A stretch of 51,039 bases of DNA from Candidatus Giovannonibacteria bacterium RIFCSPLOWO2_12_FULL_44_15 (GTDB taxonomy: Bacteria > Patescibacteriota > Minisyncoccia > JACPKW01 > UBA11713). Numbering within the stretch: position 1 is the first letter of the stretch; the number at the start of each line of letters is the position of its first letter. A model generated the notes under the pieces. That model did no database searches. It had not been told where the DNA came from and saw only the letters and a program-made list of their open reading frames with translations. Below, piece by piece: positions 25,928 to 35,102 of the stretch. The translations under genes and the position numbers were made by a program. Where the stretch lies: NCBI GenBank assembly GCA_001778905.1, contig MFIQ01000001.1:9539-60577 (forward strand), written 5' to 3'.

Positions 25928-27802
25928 GTGAGCGAGCATCTCGAAGAACTTAAAAAGCGCCTTTATAAGTCGGGGGAATCTTTTGATGCCAGGTTGCGCC
26001 GCCCGGAATTGACTCCACGGCCCCAGAAGCCCCCAGTTTCTTGGCAGGAGGAAGCCGAGCCCGTTGTTATGATGGAGCCGAAGCATAGCGGGAAAATATG
26101 GTGGATTTTAGGCGCAGTTTTTTTTATAGCCGCGATAGGGGCGGGCGCTTATTATTATTTGAGCAATAATGCAATTTCTAACGAGAGAATTAAGATCAGC
26201 ATTTCCGGCCCAGATGGAGCAGTCGGCGGGGAGAGGGCTACCTGGGAAGTCGCTATCACTAATAACAACAGCAAAGAACTTTCGGGAGCGGCATTGATTT
26301 TCGAATACCCCGCAGGCTCGAAAGTTTTGGACGAAGGAGTTAAGGGATTGCGTTCGAGAAAAATTTTAGAAAATATCGGGCGAGGCCAGACGGTGCGCCT
26401 TTCTTTTAGCGCCTTTATCTACGGCTTTGAAAACGAGTCGAAGGATATTCGAGCGACACTGGAATATACCCCGTCTGGGTCAAGCGTATCTTTTTCAAAA
26501 GAGGAGCTCGCCAAGATTACGGTAACGCGTTCCCCGGTCGGAGTTTCTTTTGATCTTCCATCGGAAATCCGCGCAGGGCAGGAAGTCGAGATTAAGATAA
26601 ATTACGTATCCAATTCATCAAGTGTTCTGGAAAATCTTAATTTGAACCTAGAAGTTCCTTCGAGATTCGTTTATAAAAGCGCAGATCCGAAACCGGATAC
26701 CGGCGGAGGAACATGGTTTTTATCCCCGCTAAATCCTGGAGAAAAAAGAACCATTTCGGTCAGAGGCATTTTAAGCGGGGGCGAGCTTGAGGAAAAAAGC
26801 TTTAAAGCTTCGGTCGGTATTAAAGATCTATCCGGAGAGTTTAGTATTTACGGCCAGGGGGTCGCCACGATTCAGCTGAAAAAACCTTTCTTGGAAGTTG
26901 ATGCAAAGATAAACGGGCAGGATTCCTATGCCGCGCGCCCGGGAGAGTCTGTTTATGTTGAGCTTACATATAAAAACAATTTGACCGTACCGGTGGAGAA
27001 CGCGATTATCGAGGCTGTTTTATCCGGAAAAATATTTAACGAAAGCAAGACCATTGTTCGCCTCGGAACCTATAGATCAATCGATAAAAGAATAATATGG
27101 AATTCTTCTCTGAATAATTCTTTAGCTAGAATTGATCCGGGAGAATCCGGGACTGTGAGCTTCCAGTTGGAAATGCTGGAAAAGATTACGATAAAAACAG
27201 CTGCCGATAAAGAATTCAGTTTGCCGATGCATTTTGAAATCAGGCCTGGGGTAAAGCCCCCCGGGTATGAAGGGGTGGACTTAAAAGGGGAGGATAGTTT
27301 GGATATAAAACTGATCTCGCGCCTTCAGCTTGTTCGAAGAGGGTTTTACTATTCAAAAACCATGCCCAATACGGGCCCGATCCCAGCGAAAGTCGGGCAG
27401 GAAACAACGTTTACCGTAATACTGTCTCTTACAAATTCAACGAATGACCTTGAAGGGGTTAAAGTTCGCGCCTTTCTCCCGCCGTATATGAGCTGGAAAA
27501 ATAAAATTATCCCGTCCTCCACCGTTTCTTACGATCCTAATACGGGAGAGTTGATATGGGATGTCGGAGATTTGAAAGCGGGGGTAGGCTATACTTCTCC
27601 GGCAAAAGAAATAACATTCCAGGTCGGATTTATTCCTTCGGCAAACCAAGTCGGTCAGGTTCCAGATCTTGTTACTAATATCTCGGCCGAAGGGCACGAT
27701 AAATTTACCGATCAAAATCTCCAGGTATCGGTTCCGGCATTAACGCTTAAACTCGAATCTGACCCAAAGATTGATATGCGGAAAACTACGGTGATAAAGT
27801 GA
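25928..27802 (+). CDS. Single-pass membrane protein with multiple Ig-like (DUF11-like) domains
   Basis: One TM near residue 60, repeated beta-rich modules, GPIPAKVGQETTF; GTG start. Confidence 0.7.
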   Translation: MSEHLEELKKRLYKSGESFDARLRRPELTPRPQKPPVSWQEEAEPVVMMEPKHSGKIWWILGAVFFIAAIGAGAYYYLSNNAISNERIKISISGPDGAVGGERATWEVAITNNNSKELSGAALIFEYPAGSKVLDEGVKGLRSRKILENIGRGQTVRLSFSAFIYGFENESKDIRATLEYTPSGSSVSFSKEELAKITVTRSPVGVSFDLPSEIRAGQEVEIKINYVSNSSSVLENLNLNLEVPSRFVYKSADPKPDTGGGTWFLSPLNPGEKRTISVRGILSGGELEEKSFKASVGIKDLSGEFSIYGQGVATIQLKKPFLEVDAKINGQDSYAARPGESVYVELTYKNNLTVPVENAIIEAVLSGKIFNESKTIVRLGTYRSIDKRIIWNSSLNNSLARIDPGESGTVSFQLEMLEKITIKTAADKEFSLPMHFEIRPGVKPPGYEGVDLKGEDSLDIKLISRLQLVRRGFYYSKTMPNTGPIPAKVGQETTFTVILSLTNSTNDLEGVKVRAFLPPYMSWKNKIIPSSTVSYDPNTGELIWDVGDLKAGVGYTSPAKEITFQVGFIPSANQVGQVPDLVTNISAEGHDKFTDQNLQVSVPALTLKLESDPKIDMRKTTVIK

Positions 27803-29088
27803 AGGACATGGTTGATTTGGATAAAATCGTTTCTTTAGCCAAGCGCCGCGGTTTTGTTTTCCCGGGCTCGGAGATTTACGGCGGACTTGCGGGGACTTGG
27901 GATCTTGGGCCGCTGGGAGCCGAGATGGCGCACAATATCAAAGAACTTTGGTGGAATCATTTTGTGCGCGCGCACGAAGAGAATTACGGTTTGGCTTCGA
28001 GTATTTTGATGCCAGAGAAAGTTTGGGAAGCGTCAGGACATCTCGAGGGCTTCGCCGATCCTTTGGTAGAATGCAATAAATGTAAGCGCAGGTTTAGGGC
28101 GGATCAACTTGAAGATAAAGAGAAAGGAAAATGTCCCGAATGTGTCGGCGTGCTTTCCGAACCGCGGCAATTTAACCTGATGTTCAAATCACAGGATGCT
28201 TATTTGCGCCCAGAGATTGCGCAGGGCATGTTCGTTAATTTTAAAAATATCTTGGATACAATGCATCCGGAGCTTCCTTTCGGCATTGCTCAGATCGGGC
28301 GCGCTTTTCGAAATGAAATCGCGCCGCGGGATTTTTTGTTTCGCGTACGCGAATTCGATTTGATGGAGTTTGAATATTTTGTCCGCGAAGAGGAATGGGA
28401 AAAAAATTTTGAAAAGTGGAGGGGCGAAATCTGGTCCTGGATTGAGAAAGTCGGGATTAATAAAGATATGGTCCACGAGCTTGAGGTTTCAAAGGAAGAC
28501 CGCGCTCACTACTCCAAGAGGACAATTGATTTTGAATTTGACTACCCATTCGGCAAAAAAGAATTATACGGCCTCGCTTATCGCGGAGATTACGATCTTT
28601 CCGCGCACGAAAAAGCCTCCGGAGCGGATCTGCGTTTTATTGATCAGGCATCCAGCGATAAATTTATTCCGCACGTGATCGAACCAACCTTCGGTTTAGG
28701 CAGAACAATTTTGGCGGTTCTACTATCGTCTTACGCTGAAGATGAGTTAGGCGGGGAGAAAAGAATATTCTTAAGATTAAAACCTGCCATCGCCCCAGTT
28801 ACGGTTGCCATTTTCCCGCTTGTAAAAAATAAGCCTGATTTGGTCGCAAAAGCGCGCGAGATTTATTCCAGCCTCAAGCAATGTGCAAAAAGCGTACAAT
28901 TTGACGACAACGGCAATATCGGTAAGCGATATCGCAGGCAAGACGAAATCGGCACACCATGGTGCGTAACTGTTGACTACCAAACCCTCGAAGACGGCAC
29001 AGTTACCATCCGCGATAGGGATACGGGGGAACAGATTAGAAAGGACCAAAAAGAGCTGGAAAAGTATTTTCCCGAGAGGATTTCATGA
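27799..29088 (+). CDS. glyQS: Glycine--tRNA ligase, alpha2 (eukaryote/archaea-like) type
   Basis: KRRGFVFPGSEIYGG, YLRPEIAQG, FRNEI, HVIEP, IGKRYRRQDEIGTP. Confidence 0.96.
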   Translation: MKDMVDLDKIVSLAKRRGFVFPGSEIYGGLAGTWDLGPLGAEMAHNIKELWWNHFVRAHEENYGLASSILMPEKVWEASGHLEGFADPLVECNKCKRRFRADQLEDKEKGKCPECVGVLSEPRQFNLMFKSQDAYLRPEIAQGMFVNFKNILDTMHPELPFGIAQIGRAFRNEIAPRDFLFRVREFDLMEFEYFVREEEWEKNFEKWRGEIWSWIEKVGINKDMVHELEVSKEDRAHYSKRTIDFEFDYPFGKKELYGLAYRGDYDLSAHEKASGADLRFIDQASSDKFIPHVIEPTFGLGRTILAVLLSSYAEDELGGEKRIFLRLKPAIAPVTVAIFPLVKNKPDLVAKAREIYSSLKQCAKSVQFDDNGNIGKRYRRQDEIGTPWCVTVDYQTLEDGTVTIRDRDTGEQIRKDQKELEKYFPERIS

Positions 29089-30314
29089 GAGAGCGGTTCA
29101 ACACAACTTTCCGCGCCTTGCGGTCGCGCAACTTCCGGCTGTTCTTATTTGGGCAGGGGATTTCGGTTATTGGTACCTGGATGCAGAGGGTGGCCTTGAG
29201 TTGGCTTGTATACAAACTTACAAGCTCAGCTTTGCTCCTGGGTGTGGTAAATTTTGCGAGCTACATCCCGCTACTCGTCGTCTCTCCAATTGCCGGAGTA
29301 TGGATCGATCGGTACCCCAAGATAAAAATTGTAATCGCAACGCAGATTTTATCCATGATCCAAGCGCTTCTCCTCGCCTTTTTAGTACTCTCGGGCAAAA
29401 TCGAAATTTGGCACGTGATTATTTTAAGTTTGTTTTTGGGCGTGATAAATGCCTTCGATGTTCCAGGAAGGCAGTCATCGTATATCAATTTGATAGATAA
29501 TAAAGAGGATCTGCCTAATGCGATAGCGCTTAATTCTGTCGCATTTCATCTTTCGCGCTTCATTGGCCCTTCCGTTGCCGGGGTGATAATCGCGGCATTT
29601 AGCGAGGGCATTTGTTTCCTGGTTAACGGCCTAAGCTATATTCCGGTTATTATCTCGCTTTTTATGATCCGAGCTGTCGACGATGCTAAAAGCGGAGAAG
29701 GGAAGCACGCGCTGGAAGAATTGAAAGATGGATTTAGATATATTTCCGCGAAGCCTGCCTTAAAAAATATACTACTGCTTGTCGCGGCAGTAAGTTTTTT
29801 CGGATGGTCGTATACAATTTTATTGCCGGTTTTCGCGAAAGATATTTTGGGCGGAGGCGCTCTTACTTTTGGATTTCTTAATTCCGCGACTGCTGTCGGG
29901 GCAGTCGTAGGAGCTTTTTACGCGGCATCGCGAAAAAATCTTTTTGGGCTCGAAAGGAGAGCTGTCTTTTTTGCTTCCGTATTCGGCGTTGCCATCGTTT
30001 TATTTGCCTTCTCGAAGATGCTTTGGTTCTCTATGATTTTTGTCGCTCTCTCCGGCTTGGGCGCGATGTTGCACAACACTTCAGCGAATTCATATGTACA
30101 GACATCAGTCAATGATAAAACGCGTGGCAGAGTTATGAGCATCTATGCCTTTGGGCACCAGGGATTGATCCCGGTAGGTAGCTTACTTCTCGGCTGGGCG
30201 GCGTCGTCTTACGGCGCACCAATCGCAATGATGGCCGCTGGAATATTCTGCATCATCTCCATTTTATTTTTAGGCCCGAGGATAGTTACGTCGCCCGCCA
30301 AAAATTCCAGTTGA
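29085..30314 (+). CDS. MFS transporter (MFS_3/DUF894-like)
   Basis: RNFRLF, GTWMQRVA, NAIALNS, RGRVMS; 12 TM helices. Confidence 0.9.
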   Translation: MRERFNTTFRALRSRNFRLFLFGQGISVIGTWMQRVALSWLVYKLTSSALLLGVVNFASYIPLLVVSPIAGVWIDRYPKIKIVIATQILSMIQALLLAFLVLSGKIEIWHVIILSLFLGVINAFDVPGRQSSYINLIDNKEDLPNAIALNSVAFHLSRFIGPSVAGVIIAAFSEGICFLVNGLSYIPVIISLFMIRAVDDAKSGEGKHALEELKDGFRYISAKPALKNILLLVAAVSFFGWSYTILLPVFAKDILGGGALTFGFLNSATAVGAVVGAFYAASRKNLFGLERRAVFFASVFGVAIVLFAFSKMLWFSMIFVALSGLGAMLHNTSANSYVQTSVNDKTRGRVMSIYAFGHQGLIPVGSLLLGWAASSYGAPIAMMAAGIFCIISILFLGPRIVTSPAKNSS

Positions 30315-30394
30315 GCCTTATTTTTCCATTGCATTTTCCTTAGTAAGATGCTAATTTTATATTACTTTATTATTTAAGAATTTAGGCGGGTCAA

Positions 30395-31666
30395 ATGAAA
30401 TTCGAGAAAAAGACATTCAAGAACGGGCTTCGGGCGGTGGTGGCGCCGATGATAGATACTCAAGCTATGACCTTGCTTGTGCTTTTTGGGACGGGTTCGA
30501 AATACGAAATAAAGAAATTAAACGGCATTTCGCATTTTTTGGAGCACCTTTTTTTCAAAGGAACGAAGCACCGCCCAAAGGCCGGGCAGGTTAATTTGGA
30601 GCTGGATCGCTTGGGAGCCGAATCAAACGCGTTTACCTCAAAAGAATATACCGGCTATTATGTCAAAGCCGCGGCAAAACATTTCGAAGTCGCGCTTGAT
30701 ATTGTTTCCGATATATTGCTCGAACCGCTTTTCAAAGCCCAAGAAATCGAAAAGGAGAGAGGAGTCATTTTACAGGAACTTTCAATGTATGAGGATAATC
30801 CGCAAAGACAGGCCTATGAAATTTTTGAGGACTTGCTTTATGGCGACCAGCCCGCGGGATGGATGACTGGAGGGTATCCGGAAACTGTAAAAAATATAAA
30901 CAGGGATGATATTATCCACTACAAAAATAGCCACTATCTTTCCTCCAATGCCGTTGTCGCCGTTGCCGGCAACGTGGATCAGGCAAATGTGTTTAAGAAA
31001 ATAGGGAAGGTTTTTTCAAAGATGCCGCAGGGCAAGAAGATCGAGAAGCTAAAAGTAACGGAAGCGCAAGCAAGGCCGCAGGTTAAATTAAAGAAAAAAG
31101 ATGTTGATCAGACGCACATACGTTTAGGCGTGCGCTCCTATGATATGTATGATGAGAGGAGATACCCACTCACAGTTCTAAACACAATAATCGGGGGAAA
31201 CTGGTCCTCGCGCCTATTTACGGAATTAAGGGAAAAGCTCGGGCTTGCTTATTATGTCCGATCTTCAATCGAGCAATACACAGATACGGGATATCTCATT
31301 GCTTCCGCGGGGATTCCTCACGGAACTTTGGGAAAAGTTTCCGAAAAAATTGTGCAGATTTTATCCGGCGCCAGAAAAAAGGGCGTCTCCCCGCAAGAAA
31401 TCAAATTTGCCAAAGAGTATATACGCGGTTCAATGGGCTTGGCTTTCGAATCGTCCGATGAGGTCGCGATGTATCTTGCCTCGCAGGAGCTTTTTTATAA
31501 AAAAATACTGACCCCCGAGGAGGTTTTATTAAAGATTGAGAAGGTTGGAAGAAGCGATATTTCGAGCGTGGCCAAGGATATATTTTCCCCGGGAAAAATC
31601 AATCTTGCCGCTATAACTCCAGACGATAATATAAAGCCGTTTGAAAAAATATTAGCAAAAATATAA
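30395..31666 (+). CDS. M16 family zinc peptidase
   Basis: HFLEHLFFKGT (HxxEH), NAFTS, SSRLFTELREKLGLAY. Confidence 0.93.
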   Translation: MKFEKKTFKNGLRAVVAPMIDTQAMTLLVLFGTGSKYEIKKLNGISHFLEHLFFKGTKHRPKAGQVNLELDRLGAESNAFTSKEYTGYYVKAAAKHFEVALDIVSDILLEPLFKAQEIEKERGVILQELSMYEDNPQRQAYEIFEDLLYGDQPAGWMTGGYPETVKNINRDDIIHYKNSHYLSSNAVVAVAGNVDQANVFKKIGKVFSKMPQGKKIEKLKVTEAQARPQVKLKKKDVDQTHIRLGVRSYDMYDERRYPLTVLNTIIGGNWSSRLFTELREKLGLAYYVRSSIEQYTDTGYLIASAGIPHGTLGKVSEKIVQILSGARKKGVSPQEIKFAKEYIRGSMGLAFESSDEVAMYLASQELFYKKILTPEEVLLKIEKVGRSDISSVAKDIFSPGKINLAAITPDDNIKPFEKILAKI

Positions 31667-32701
31667 ATGAACGAAGAAAAAATAACAATCGATATCTCAA
31701 TCCTATCTTTGATAAAAATTTTACTCTTTGTTATTTTGGCTTGGGTTGTTTTCGAGTTGCGCGCAGTTATAGGGGTTCTCTTGGCTTCGGTAGTAATCGC
31801 GTCCTCGGTGGATCCGGCAGCGCGCTGGTTTTCCGCCTATAGAATTCCTAGAGTTATCTCGGTTGTCTTGGTGTATTTGGCCGCATTTACAATTTTGGGG
31901 CTGGTTTTTTATCTTATCCTTCCGCCGCTTGTCTCGGAGATGGGCGGTTTTTTGACGGATCTCCCGGACAATATTGAGACTTTTGAGCCAAAAAATATTC
32001 TATCTTTCTTGCCAGAATTGCCTAAGAGTTTCAATAACGTATTGAGGGACGCCATTTTAAATTTCCGAGATTATTCTTTCGAGAGCACATCAGGGCTTCT
32101 TGCCGGAATCGCGAAAATATTCGGAGGAGCCGTTTCATTTATTATGATTATAGTAATTTCGTTCTATCTGTCGGTTGAGGAGCGCGGCATCGAGAATTTT
32201 CTGAAAATAGTTACCCCAAAGGAGTACGAGGGATACGCGCTTGATCTATGGAATCGCTCGAGAAGAAAAATCGGGCTTTGGTTCCAAGGCCAGTTGCTCC
32301 TGGGCTTATTGGTTGGGATCCTCGTTTTTTTGGGCCTTACCATACTCGGCGTTAAATATGCCCTCCTGCTTGCGATCCTTTCCGGAATTTTGGAGATTAT
32401 CCCAGTATTTGGCCCGATAATATCCGCAGTGCCTGCGATCGGAGTTGCGTTCACTCAAAAACCTGTTCTTGGTATAGCCGTCCTTGTCTTGTATGTAATC
32501 ATCCAACAGTTTGAAAACCATCTTATTTACCCATTGGTCGTGAGGAAAACTATCGGGATCCCCCCGCTTCTGGTAATTTTGTCGATTTTTATAGGCGGGG
32601 TGCTGGCGGGGTTTTTTGGGATCATGCTTGCGGTGCCCGTAGCGACTGTGCTTGTTGAATTTATTAATGACTTTGCCAGGCGAAAGCAGATAGAATTTTA
32701 A
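31667..32701 (+). CDS. AI-2E family transporter
   Basis: EIIPVFGP, IQQFENHLIYP, GIMLAVP. Confidence 0.9.
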   Translation: MNEEKITIDISILSLIKILLFVILAWVVFELRAVIGVLLASVVIASSVDPAARWFSAYRIPRVISVVLVYLAAFTILGLVFYLILPPLVSEMGGFLTDLPDNIETFEPKNILSFLPELPKSFNNVLRDAILNFRDYSFESTSGLLAGIAKIFGGAVSFIMIIVISFYLSVEERGIENFLKIVTPKEYEGYALDLWNRSRRKIGLWFQGQLLLGLLVGILVFLGLTILGVKYALLLAILSGILEIIPVFGPIISAVPAIGVAFTQKPVLGIAVLVLYVIIQQFENHLIYPLVVRKTIGIPPLLVILSIFIGGVLAGFFGIMLAVPVATVLVEFINDFARRKQIEF

Positions 32702-34246
32702 ATGGCTAAATTTTATATAACAACGACTCTGCCGTATGTAAATGCGCCACCGCATATTGGTTTTGCCCTCGAGCTTGTGCGAGCTGATATAATCGCACGG
32801 TATCATAGGCTTTTGGGAGATGAAGTCATTTTTAATACCGGGACCGATGAGCACGGCCTGAAGGTTTACCGCAATGCTTTAAAAGAAAATAAAGATCCTA
32901 AGGAATATGTAGATATGCTCGTCAAGCGTTTTGTGTCTCTAAAATCTACTCTAAACGTAAGTTATACGAATTTCATCCGGACGACCGATCCTCATCATAA
33001 AAAAGCCGCCCAGGAATTTTGGAATCGCTGCTCGGCTTCAGGCGATATATATAAACAACTTTATTCTATAAAATATTGCGTCGGATGTGAGCTTGAAAAA
33101 ACGGAATCAGAACTTGATGAATATGGCCGTTGCCCCATCCATCCAAATTTGGAAATCGAGATTATAGAAGAGGAGAACTATTTTTTTCGATGGTCAAAAT
33201 ATCAGGAAAAACTGCTTGAATTGTATTCCTCAAGGCCAGATTTCGTTTTGCCATCTTTCCGCATGAATGAACTTCGCAATTTTGTCTCCTCGGGACTCCG
33301 GGATTTCAGCATCACGCGCAGGCGCGAGAAAATGCCTTGGGGGGTTGCTGTTCCGGAGGATGACGAACATGTGATGTATGTATGGTTTGATGCGCTTGTA
33401 AATTATATTTCAACTTTGGGTTGGCCGGAGGACGAAAAGAAGTTTAAGAATTTTTGGCCAGGCATCCAGATTGCCGGAAAAGACAATCTGCGCCAGCAAG
33501 CCGCGATGTGGCAAGCTATGTTGATGTCGGCTGGGTTACCGTGCTCGAAGCAGATCCTGATTAACGGCTTCATTGAGAGCGGCGGACACAAGATGTCAAA
33601 AAGTTTGGGCAATGTTGTGGACCCAACGGATGTAGTCGGACAATATGGCACGGACGCGCTTCGATATTGGTTTGCGCGAGAAGTGCCAGCTTTCGACGAT
33701 GGGGATTTCACACAAGACAAATTCGCCTTCGCTTACGAGGGAAATTTGGTAAACGGACTTGGAAATTATATCCAGCGCGTTTCAACTATGGTTAAAAATT
33801 ATTTTCCTGAAGGAATCGCGAGGCCAAGCACCGAAGATTTGCTGAAAGTTGCCCTAAAAAGGGGAGATTCGGAATATGTTGCGCTTGAATATTTTATTAA
33901 GAGAATAATTGCCAAAGAATACAGGGAAGCTATGGAAAAGTTTGAGCTTACTAAAGCGATCGACAAAATTTTCGAGCTCTTAAAAGAGCTGGATGTTTTT
34001 GTTCAGGTCCACGAGCCTTTTAAGCTCATAAAAAAAGACAAAGAAAAAGCCAAAGTTATTTTATGGAATTTATGCTATGGCGCCGTCGGACTAGCTTGGC
34101 TGCTTATCCCGTTTTTACCGGAAACATCGGATAAAATATTTGATATATTTGGGATCACGGAGAAAAATCCGCCAGCTGGCGGACCTAAATGGGATAATTT
34201 TAAGGCAAAAGAGCACAAGGCACTTTTCCCGCGAATTGAAAAATGA
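32702..34246 (+). CDS. metG: Methionine--tRNA ligase
   Basis: YITTTLPYVN, GTDEHG, YVWFDALVNY, KMSKSLGN. Confidence 0.96.
   Translation: MAKFYITTTLPYVNAPPHIGFALELVRADIIARYHRLLGDEVIFNTGTDEHGLKVYRNALKENKDPKEYVDMLVKRFVSLKSTLNVSYTNFIRTTDPHHKKAAQEFWNRCSASGDIYKQLYSIKYCVGCELEKTESELDEYGRCPIHPNLEIEIIEEENYFFRWSKYQEKLLELYSSRPDFVLPSFRMNELRNFVSSGLRDFSITRRREKMPWGVAVPEDDEHVMYVWFDALVNYISTLGWPEDEKKFKNFWPGIQIAGKDNLRQQAAMWQAMLMSAGLPCSKQILINGFIESGGHKMSKSLGNVVDPTDVVGQYGTDALRYWFAREVPAFDDGDFTQDKFAFAYEGNLVNGLGNYIQRVSTMVKNYFPEGIARPSTEDLLKVALKRGDSEYVALEYFIKRIIAKEYREAMEKFELTKAIDKIFELLKELDVFVQVHEPFKLIKKDKEKAKVILWNLCYGAVGLAWLLIPFLPETSDKIFDIFGITEKNPPAGGPKWDNFKAKEHKALFPRIEK
34168..34183. repeat. 16-bp perfect palindrome in metG C-terminus (PPAGG)
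   Basis: tccgccagctggcgga. Confidence 0.6.
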
Positions 34247-35088
34247 AATTATTCGACGTACATACGCACGTTCAGTTCGCGGCTTTCAATGAAGATAGAG
34301 AAGATGTAATAAAGCGGGCGCAAGAAAAGGAGGTCTACATGATTAATGTTGGGACCCAGTGGGATACGTCTTCGGCGGCTATTGATTTAGCAAAAAAATA
34401 CGAATCAGGAGTTTGGGCTACGGTTGGGTTGCATCCTATTCATACTTCAAAATCTTTTCATGATAAGGAGGAATTGGGAGGCGGAGAAGAAGCTCGAGAG
34501 TTTACTTCGCGTGGGGAAGAATTTGATTATGAAAAGTATAAGAAGCTTGCATTGGATGGGAAAGTAGTCGCACTTGGGGAATGCGGTTTAGATTATTACA
34601 GGCTTGAAGAGGGTACGCGGCATAGGCAAGAGAAAGTATTCATAAATCATATTGAACTTTCTCGCGACGTCAAAAAACCGCTAATGATACATTGCCGCCA
34701 AGCTTTTCCAGACCTGATTAAAATTCTCGAATCTTATCGTTCCTCGCTGATAGCGAAGCCCGGAGCGGTCCACTTTTTTTCCGGTACTACAGATAATGCC
34801 AAGAAATTAATGGATCTAGGCTTTTCTTTTTCTTTCGGAGGAGTTCTAACTTTTACGCATGAGTATGAAGATGTTGTAAAATATATCCCGCTCGACAGGA
34901 TTTTACTCGAAACCGACGCTCCTTACGTTGCGCCAGAGCCATATCGAGGAAAACAAAACGAGCCGAGTTATGTAATTGAAGTCGCAAAGAAAATAGCTGA
35001 AATTAAGGGGGACACCACTGAGGAGGTTATTGAAATAACTTTCAAAAACGCCGAAACGCTTTTTCTTGAAAAAAATCCTGAAAAATAA
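34243..35088 (+). CDS. tatD: TatD family deoxyribonuclease
   Basis: DVHTH, GLHP, GECGLDY, IHCR, LLETDAPY. Confidence 0.93.
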   Translation: MKLFDVHTHVQFAAFNEDREDVIKRAQEKEVYMINVGTQWDTSSAAIDLAKKYESGVWATVGLHPIHTSKSFHDKEELGGGEEAREFTSRGEEFDYEKYKKLALDGKVVALGECGLDYYRLEEGTRHRQEKVFINHIELSRDVKKPLMIHCRQAFPDLIKILESYRSSLIAKPGAVHFFSGTTDNAKKLMDLGFSFSFGGVLTFTHEYEDVVKYIPLDRILLETDAPYVAPEPYRGKQNEPSYVIEVAKKIAEIKGDTTEEVIEITFKNAETLFLEKNPEK

Positions 35089-35102
35089 TAGAATTCTGGG
35101 AT